Assembly (NCBI RefSeq): GCF_006345805.1
Contig: NW_021828780.1
Location: 1-7,753, forward strand
Origin: Octopus sinensis
Lineage: Eukaryota
Direction of reading: 5' to 3'
DNA: 7,753 bases
In this document: positions 1-6,660 of the stretch, one piece after another
How the letters are laid out: every line of letters begins with the position of its first letter
How positions within the stretch are numbered: the first letter of the stretch is position 1
Translations under genes and position numbers: made by a program
The notes under the pieces: generated by a model
What the model was told of the DNA's origin: nothing
The model's input: only the letters and a program-made list of their open reading frames with translations
The model's database searches: none

Positions 1-855
1 CGGACCAAACCAGACCCCGAGCAACTCAACCGGGCCGTCGGTCCAGCGTCCCACGACGGAGGCGCTGGTGGACGGCATGGGCTTGCTTCTCCAGGTGCCT
101 AGTCGCAAGCCCACTGACTTTTCCCGGTTGATTTTCGCTCCTGTCACCGCTTCGTAGTTTTTCAGTGTCTCGCCGACCAGCTCGATGTGCTCGTGGCTAG
201 ACACTATGACGGTGACGTCGTCCGCGTATGCAGACACGCTCGTCCCGCATCCCAGTTCTCGCGGGATGCCCCTCAAAGTTGCCAGCTTCCGCAATAATGG
301 CTCGAGCGTCAATACGTATAGAAGCGACGAGAGGGGGCATCCCTGACGGACCGAACGTGCGATGTCGAAGGGTCTCGATAGATGTCCATTCATGCGAATT
401 ACCGAACGGATGCCTCTGTACAAAGCGGCTATCCAGCCGCGGAAGACGGGACCGAAGCCTGCCGCTCTGAGGACCGCCTCCAAGTATCGATGGTCTACCC
501 TATCGAAAGCTTTCGATTGATCCAAATTGATCAGCGCCCCACCCATGCCAGGTTCGTTAACTACCCTGTCTATGATATAGCGCATCAGGTGGAGGTTGTC
601 ATGGATGGTCCGGCCTGGCACGACGCATGTTTGCGCCTTGTCGACCAGTTTCTCGATGACAAGCGCCAGCCTCTTGGCTAGCACCTTGGCCAAAATTTTC
701 AAGTCTGCATTGAGCAGAGTGATGGGCCTAAAGTTATCTATTACATTTCCCTTGTTTAGATCTTTCTTCAGCAGTGTTACGGCTCCTCGGCTCACAAAAC
801 CAGGAATGCTCCCGTTTTGCTGCCAGTTGCAGTACACCGCCGCCAAGAGATCTAG
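1..855 (-). CDS. Partial ORF2 reverse transcriptase of an L1/Tx1-clade non-LTR retrotransposon (no start codon; runs off the left window edge)
   Basis: Manual minus-strand translation from 855 gives 285 stop-free codons: LDLLAAVYCNWQQNGSIPGFVSRGAVTLLKKDLNKGNVIDNFRPITLLNADLKILAKVLAKRL...AQTCVVPGRTIHDNLHLMR...INLDQSKAFDRVDH...VRQGCPLSSLLYVLTLEP...AYADDVTV (YADD at 228-217)...GAKINREKS...VELLGVWFGP. These are the non-LTR RT motifs in the expected order. The RPITLLN-D-KILAKVLA-RL, PGR-I-DN and LDQSKAFDRVDH forms are typical of L1/Tx1. Confidence 0.95.
1..855 (-). mobile_element. 5'-truncated LINE (L1/Tx1 clade), continuing beyond the left window edge
   Basis: GC- and CpG-rich block, sharply different from the AT-rich flank. 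RT homology stops at ~855 where a (GACA)n microsatellite begins, so the endonuclease and ORF1 are absent on this side. Confidence 0.88.
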
Positions 856-905
856 ACAGACAGACAGGCAGACAGGCAGACAGACAGACAGACGGATGGA
901 TGGAT
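854..905. repeat. (GACA)n/(GGCA)/(GGAT)n tetranucleotide microsatellite
   Basis: agacagacagacaggcagacaggcagacagacagacagacggatggatgga, read directly. Confidence 0.95.
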
Positions 906-1064
906 AAAAGAAGGAAAGGAAATAGGAAACTACTGAAAGAGATGGAAATTAGCCAAATCCGAGAGTTACGAAATTTATTTTATTCCTCTTTTGCTCCATG
1001 GGACCACTGACCTCCAGAATATTCAATGCAAGCTGACAGGTCAAATATTTAAGGTTATCATCGC

Positions 1065-1224
1065 TGTTGCTATTGTTGTTATTATTACTATTATTATTGT
1101 TGTTGTTGTTGTTGTTATTGTTATTATTATTATTGTAATTCTCCTCATCATCGTCATCGTCGTCATCGTCATCATCATCATTATCATCATCATCATCATC
1201 ATCATCATTATTATTATTATTATT
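1065..1224. repeat. Compound trinucleotide microsatellite (GTT)/(ATT)/(GTC)/(ATC)
   Basis: In-register xTy triplets, read directly; the source of the poly-Ile/Val pseudo-ORF 991-1230. Confidence 0.95.
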
Positions 1225-1628
1225 CAGTAGTTTTATTTTTATAGCGTGCTTTCACTTCCCTACCGAGCGCAGCTCTGTGTGCCTTGGGTATGTGCTGTGA
1301 TTTGTTGTGATGCTCTAATGGTTATTGTATGGAAAGTGTTCTGCGTAGGATGTGTGCAGTGCCTAGTAGTGCAATTTTCTGTATGTTATATTGTTTGTAA
1401 GTCCTGGTGTTTTTGTTATGTATTTGTCTGATATTTTTTTATCATGCCTAATGCACCTACTAGATAGGAATTGTTTCTGTTTTCAGATTCCACATTCTAG
1501 TTACCCTATTTCCAGGTCTTTGTATTTTGAGAGTTTCTCCATTTCTTTTAGAGACACGATGTCATCTGCCGTATTGATACATCAATTAGAAAGCATTTTT
1601 TTTCTTCATGATCTCTGACAACTATATC

Positions 1629-1648
1629 TTATTATTATTACTATTATT

Positions 1649-1703
<55 letters not shown>

Positions 1704-1717
1704 TATTATCATCATCA

Positions 1718-1750
<33 letters not shown>

Positions 1751-1795
1751 TATTATTATTATTATATTATATTATTATTATTATTATTATCATCA

Positions 1796-1871
<76 letters not shown>

Positions 1872-1878
1872 CATTGTT
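1629..1878. repeat. (ATT)n microsatellite with (ATC)n interruptions
   Basis: About 250 bp of ATT triplets with two ATC patches and a few register slips. Confidence 0.97.
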
Positions 1879-2821
1879 GCTGGCAAAATCGTTAGTAAAC
1901 TGGGCGAAATGCTTGGCGGTATTTCGCCTGCCGCTACGTTCTGAGTTCAAATTCCGCCCAGGTCGACTTTGCCTTTCATCCTTTCGGGGTCGATTAAATA
2001 AGTACCAGTTACGCACTGGGGTCGATGTAATCGACTCAATCCGTCTGTCTGTCCTTGTTTGTCCCCTCTGTGGGTAGTAAAGAGTATTTCATCTGTCTCT
2101 ATGTTCTGAGTTCAAATTCCGCCGAGGTCGACTTTGCCTTTCATCCTTTCGGGGTCAATAAATTAAGTACCAGTTACGCACTGGGGTCGATATAATCGAC
2201 TTAATCCGTCTGTCTGTCCTTGTTTGTCTGTCCTTGTTTGTCCACTCTGTGTTTAGCCACTTGTGGGTAGTAAAGAAATAGGTATTTCATCTGTCTTTAC
2301 GTTCTGAGTTCAAATTCTGCCGAGGTCGACTTTGCCTTTCATCCTTTCGGGGTCGATTAAATAAGTACCAGTTACGCACTGGGGTTGATATAATCGACTT
2401 AATCCGTTTGTCTGTCTTTGTTTGTCCCCTCTGTGTTTAGCCCCTTGTGGGTAGTAAAGAGATAGGTATTTCATCTGTCTTTACGTTCTGAGTTCAAATT
2501 CCGCCGAGGTCGACTTTGCCTTTCATCCTTTCGGGGTCGATTAAATAAGTACCAGTTACGCACTGGGGTCGATATAATCGACTTAATCCGTTTGTCTGTC
2601 CTTGTTTGTCCCCTCTGTGTTTAGCCCCTTGTGGGTAGTAAAGAGATAGGTATTTCATCTGTCTCTATGTTCTGAGTTCAAATTCAGCCGAGGTCGACTT
2701 TGCCTTTCATCCTTTCGGGTTCGATAAATTAAGTACAAGTTGTGTACTGGGATCGATCAAAACGACTGGCCCCCTCCCTAAAAATTCGAGCCCTGTGCCT
2801 AGAGTAGAAAAGATTATTATT
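1879..2821 (+). mobile_element. tRNA-derived SINE with a tandemly amplified body: one head, five B-box/central-domain units and one 3' tail ending in (ATT)n
   Basis: Head gctggcaaaatcgttag (A-box-like) at 1879. B-box-like gagttcaaattc in every unit, and a central domain gtcgactttgcctttcatcctttcggggtcgat..aagtacc. The terminal unit ends ...gtgcctagagtagaaaagattattatt, matching the tail of the separate copy at 2828. The central domain resembles the Meta/MESC-type SINE domain (from recall, not a database match). Confidence 0.85.
1918..2750 (+). repeat. Tandem array of ~184-bp SINE-derived units
   Basis: Units start at 1918, ~2083, 2281, 2465 and 2649 (periods 165, 198, 184, 184). The 165 period is 184 minus deletions of 14 and 5 bp; the 198 period is 184 plus a 14-bp local duplication. 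Units 3 and 4 differ at 3 positions. Confidence 0.95.
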
Positions 2822-2827
2822 GTGAAA

Positions 2828-3045
2828 GGCGGCGAGCTGGCAGAATCGTTAACAATCGGACAAAATGCTTACCGGATCTTGAACCGTGTTTACTTTCCGA
2901 GTTCAAATACCGCAGAGATCGACTTTGTCTTTCATTCTTTCGAGGTCAATTAAAATAAATACCTGTTGAGCACTGGCGTCAATATAGTGGACTTAGCCTC
3001 CACCACCCAAATTTCGGGCCTTGTGCCTATATTAGAAAGGGTTAC
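2828..3045 (+). mobile_element. Second, more diverged monomeric copy of the same tRNA-derived SINE family
   Basis: Complete head ggcggcgagctggcagaatcgttaac, B-box-like gagttcaaatacc, decayed central domain (gatcgactttgtctttcattctttcgaggtcaat..aaatacc) and tail aatttcgggccttgtgcctatattagaaagg. Confidence 0.85.
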
Positions 3046-3564
3046 TGTATACATAACAGCATATATTATCATGCGCCAAAACTCTGCTCATTGGCCAACG
3101 ATACTCCTTCGACACCACCGCCTTTAATTCCATCACAAGCCATTAATTCCTAATCAAGCCATTTCCTAAACAAATGGCATTCACGTGTAACATTTTTTTT
3201 TCCATTTACAGTAAACATTCCAAACTGATGCATTTTAATATAACTTGTTAAAAGCCAAAGAATTACTTCCAAAGAAAGGAATTTTATTGACCAAATAACG
3301 TACAAGAAACAAATATTTTATTGCCTTGGAAGGGTTAGCGGAGGAATCTTTGAAACTAAGTGGCCTTCTATTGACCAAAATAATTCCGTTCTCTTTTATC
3401 TAGAGGCGACTTGACGGATACGGGAGAACTTCCATTTTCTAACGCTAAAAGCATTTTTAAAACATTTAATAGAAATGCGATAACAATAGTTCCGCCATTA
3501 TTTGGAGTTTAATTTGTAGACGAAGCTTTCAATTTACCCGCAGATGCGATCGGAATTCGATATG

Positions 3565-3572
3565 TTATATAT

Positions 3573-3655
<83 letters not shown>

Positions 3656-3665
3656 TAGATATATG
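3565..3665. repeat. (TA)n microsatellite grading into (GA)/(GATA)
   Basis: Read directly. Confidence 0.95.
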
Positions 3666-3746
3666 AGAGAGAGAGAGAGAAAGAAGAAAGAAAGAAAGAA
3701 AGAAAGAAAGACAGAAGAAAGAAAGAAAGAAGAAGACAGAAAGGCA

Positions 3747-3777
<31 letters not shown>

Positions 3778-3938
3778 GAGAGGAGAAGAAGAAAGAAGAA
3801 AAAGAGGAAGAAGAAAGAAAGAAAGAAAAAAGAAAAGAAAGAGAAGAAAGAAAGAAGAAAGAAGAAAGAAAAGAGAGGAAGAAAGAAAAAAGAAAGAAAA
3901 AAGAGGACAGAAAGAAAGAAAAAAGAAAGAAAGGAGGT

Positions 3939-4009
<71 letters not shown>
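3666..4009. repeat. Homopurine tract: (GA)n then degenerate (GAAA)n/(GAA)n
   Basis: About 340 bp of almost pure A/G on the + strand; the source of the K/E/R-rich and F/L/S-rich pseudo-ORFs. Confidence 0.95.
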
Positions 4010-4366
4010 CCAGGAGGTATAAGATGAGTATATTCATGTCAACAGTGATAAATATATTTATTTGATATCCATAAGGTTACGACCGTTTCGCAGCCAACAT
4101 CATGGAAAAATCATTTATTTTAGCGTCTAAGAAATTATTCTACATGCCTTCACTAGTGTATATGTTATCAAATTACTTAGTACTATTGTACATTTTACAA
4201 GCCAATACAGATATAGAAAGCGGGCTTATCAATTCCATAGATTACCATGGTCACATCGATTTTTCATATCTAATATATACATACAAAAACTCTTCTTCAA
4301 ATTTTAATGTCCTAATCAACTGGTGAAATAAAATATTTTCCTTTTCCTGCCTCCTGACTTCCTTTA

Positions 4367-4761
4367 TCTCTCTCTATTATAAACGCAGTTTGTCTGTGCG
4401 TGTTTCTGTGTGTCGTGCTTGTCCCCACCCTCACCCTGACCGCGGCTTTCAACACACAACCGATTCTGATGAAACTTGACACACACACATAGCCCAATGT
4501 CATAATTCAAAACTAACGCAGCGAAAATTTTTAAAAGTTCCCCCAGTTCTGAAAAAAATCGATAATTTCGACATGGGGTCGAGAATCAGAAACACAAACC
4601 GCAAACTGTCTAGGGGAGACGCAACTCCACCTTTTTTAACTAAAAAAAAATTTACCATCATTTTTTTCCATCTTTTTGCTATTTTTTTGGCTATAACTCT
4701 CTAAAAATGCTTTATAGTTATTTCCCTTACAAACCTGAGCAACGCCGGGCGATACTGCTAG
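4367..4761 (+). mobile_element. Non-autonomous Helitron (395 bp)
   Basis: Begins TC at 4367 after A4366 and ends CTAG at 4758-4761 before T4762 (A|T target, no TSD). GC-rich hairpin cctgagcaacgccggg at 4734-4749, 8 bp before CTAG. TG-rich low-complexity stretch near the 5' end and accgattctgatgaaacttg, recalled as typical of Lep1-like non-autonomous Helitrons. The exact 5' end is blurred by a (TC)n run. Confidence 0.8.
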
Positions 4762-4772
4762 TATTTTATATA

Positions 4773-4940
4773 GGCGCAGGTGTGGCTGTGTGGTAAGAAG
4801 CTTGCTACCAACCACATGGTGCCGGGTTCAGTCCCACTGCGTGGCACCTTGGGCAAGTGTCTTCTACTATACCCTCGGCCCAACCAAAGCTTTGTGTGTG
4901 AAGTTGATAGACGGAAGCTAAAAGAAGCCCGTCGTGTATG

Positions 4941-4979
<39 letters not shown>

Positions 4980-5210
4980 AAGTATGTATGTATATGTTTG
5001 TGTGTCTGTGTTTGTCCCTCCACCATCGCTTGACAACCGATGGTGGTGTGTTTACGTCCCCATAACTTAGAAGTTCGGCAAAAAGTGAACGATAGAATAA
5101 GTACTAGGCTTACAAAGAATAAGTCCTGGGGGTCGATTTGTTCGACTAAAGGCAGTGCTCCAGCATGGCCGCAGTCAAGTGACTGAAACAAATAAGAGAG
5201 TAAAAGAATA
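4773..5210 (+). mobile_element. tRNA-derived SINE with a CORE-like domain and internal (TA)n(TG)n microsatellite
   Basis: Head ggcgcaggtgtggctgtgtggt (A box TGGCTGTGTGG), B box gggttcagtccc, CORE-like ggcaccttgggcaagtgtcttctactata, microsatellite at ~4934-5010, and 3' tail ...cagcatggccgcagtcaagtgactgaaac plus an aagagagtaaaagaata end. Resembles described octopus tRNA SINEs (OR-type); the exact family needs a library search. Confidence 0.85.
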
Positions 5211-5562
5211 CACCTCGTGAAATAATCTTCACTGATAGGATTTACTGGATTTCAACTGCAGAGAATCATACACTGCCGATTCACAAGCACTCGTGGGCGG
5301 ACTTGTAGATTTCTTTTTAAAAATGAAGTCTAGGGTTGTTTGCTTAGAAGCTTTTTCTTCGGTCTCTACAAGTTTCTCGATAACACACAGAAACATTTGT
5401 TACGGTTTTAGAGGCTTTTGCACTTCGGTCAAAATTTATGATCTTCTGCTTGTAAAATTTCCAAAATGGATGTTTAAAACCATTTTATATTTATTTTAAA
5501 ATCAAAATCGTAAACCAGGGGTCTCAAAAAACAAGGTCCTCGTAAAGTGAGGTATTACTGTA
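5211..5562 (-). mobile_element. Decayed, internally deleted pogo/Tigger-like DNA transposon fragment
   Basis: The right end read on the minus strand is TA-CAGTAATACCTCACTTTACG (TA target plus a CAG-starting TIR typical of pogo/Tigger). The minus strand at 5436-5313 encodes NFDRSAKASKTVTNVSVCYRE /frameshift/ EEKASKQTTLDFIFKK, resembling the Tigger transposase C-terminus (ER..KV...V.NA..CYR.IY.EKK..T.QT.LD.FFK). No partner TIR found. Confidence 0.65.
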
Positions 5563-5565
5563 TGT

Positions 5566-5624
<59 letters not shown>

Positions 5625-5685
5625 ATATGTATGTAAGTATGTATATCTATATATATATATACACACATATATATACATATATATA

Positions 5686-5733
<48 letters not shown>

Positions 5734-5972
5734 GAGAGATAGGAGAGAGAGACATATATATATATAGACATACATACATACATATATATATATATATTGT
5801 GTATATATATATATATAGATATACATACATACATACATATATCATACATATATATACATCGATAATATGTATATATGTATGTATGTATATCATTATATAT
5901 ATATATACATATAACATATATTAATACATATATATATATGTATGTATATATATATAACTATAATATATATAT

Positions 5973-6030
<58 letters not shown>

Positions 6031-6034
6031 AATA
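5563..6034. repeat. Long compound (TA)n/(TATG)n/(TACA)n microsatellite ending in (ATA)n
   Basis: Read directly; the source of the Y/I-rich pseudo-ORFs 5502-5849 and 5555-5917. Confidence 0.95.
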
Positions 6035-6291
6035 TTAGGGAATAAATCCAAATTTACAGGGAAAAATCAGATTTAGGATTGAATCCAATTTTATAGTAAA
6101 ATATTATATAATATTAATTAGAGACAAAACCACTATTATGCAAATCAAACAAAGAAAGACTTAATCTAATACATAAAAAATTTTATATAAATTAAATAAA
6201 ATTAAGTTATCCACTACAGTTGTTTCTTGTCACTTCTAAGGACATTCATCAGGTGGTTTCAAGACCTTCTATTCAATTTTAAATTATTTAT
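6035..6291 (-). mobile_element. Probable Penelope-like element pseudo-LTR fragment
   Basis: AT-rich block containing a minimal type I hammerhead motif of the kind established for Penelope-like elements, with a partial inverted copy nearby (6533-6633). No RT or GIY-YIG coding sequence is visible, so the family call rests on the ribozyme and the architecture. Confidence 0.55.
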
Positions 6292-6620
6292 GTCAGCTAA
6301 AATTGAATGCTAGTATATACGCATATACAATCAGATTCACATGCATGCAGATATGTGTATGCATAAGGCAAGCACACATATAAGCATGTATATATATGTA
6401 CAAGTGAGGCACAACTATATATATATATATATATATTTCCTTTCTTGATGGTAATCACGAACATCCTGAGGTCAGCAAGCAATTCAGTAAACATCAACGC
6501 TGGTTTCAACACAGACACAGCCACTCAGACACACTTAATTTTATTTAATTTATATAAAATTTTATGTATTGGATTAAGTCTTTCTTTGTTTGATTTGCAT
6601 AATAGTGGTTTTGTCTCTAA

Positions 6621-6633
<13 letters not shown>
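6105..6633. repeat. Inverted repeat A: 6105-6207 versus 6533-6633
   Basis: The reverse complement matches over ~101-103 bp with one substitution and a 2-nt indel in a T run. Confidence 0.95.
6211..6256 (-). ncRNA. Minimal type I hammerhead ribozyme motif
   Basis: The minus strand reads CCAC-CUGAUGA-A-UGUC-cuuagaagu-GACA-A-GAAA-C-aacu-G-UA|GUGG. Stem I CCAC/GUGG, core CUGAUGA (6252-6246), stem II UGUC/GACA, GAAA (6226-6223), two-pair stem III and a GUA cleavage triplet; predicted cut between 6215 and 6214. Confidence 0.78.

Positions 6634-6660
<27 letters not shown>

Noticed and set aside
228-1010. + strand ORFs 228-470, 382-681, 596-907 and 774-1010
   Set aside because: They are antisense shadows of the minus-strand RT frame or run into microsatellite; no protein motifs of their own.
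1470-1560. Splice-acceptor-like sites (ttgtttctgttttcag at ~1486; also tttacccgcag at 3543)
   Set aside because: No strong matching donor or coherent reading frame; such sites are common in T-rich DNA.
991-2077. Poly-I/V, poly-L/Y and poly-N ORFs, and ORFs 1246-1431, 1391-1618 and 1874-2077
   Set aside because: Translations of trinucleotide repeats, low-complexity or SINE sequence; no coding evidence.
1918-2750. Tandem array as a CRISPR array
   Set aside because: The whole ~184-bp unit repeats with no unique spacers; no cas genes; eukaryotic SINE content.
1918-2750. Array as a hammerhead retrozyme (unit size fits)
   Set aside because: The closest core is CAGATGA on the minus strand (from tcatctg), without a properly placed stem II/GAAA/UH; no hammerhead could be folded.
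4078-4105. Second hammerhead-like string on the minus strand (CATGATG..CGAAAC-GGTC-GTA)
   Set aside because: The core is not CUGANGA, stem II cannot form and stem I does not pair; at best a heavily decayed relic.
4466-4476. CTGATGA inside the Helitron
   Set aside because: Followed directly by AAC with no stem II and GAAA; part of the Helitron internal motif.
1879-4845. SINE heads at 1879, 2828 and 4773 as tRNA genes
   Set aside because: They have A/B boxes but no complete cloverleaf, and they continue into SINE bodies.
5205-5222. aatacacctcg as the partner Tigger TIR
   Set aside because: Only a partial, gapped match that overlaps the SINE tail; no TA-CAG start.
3534-5917. F/L/S-rich, K/E/R-rich and Y/I-rich ORFs, and ORFs over the Helitron and SINE
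   Set aside because: Products of (GAAA)n, (TA)n and non-coding repeats.
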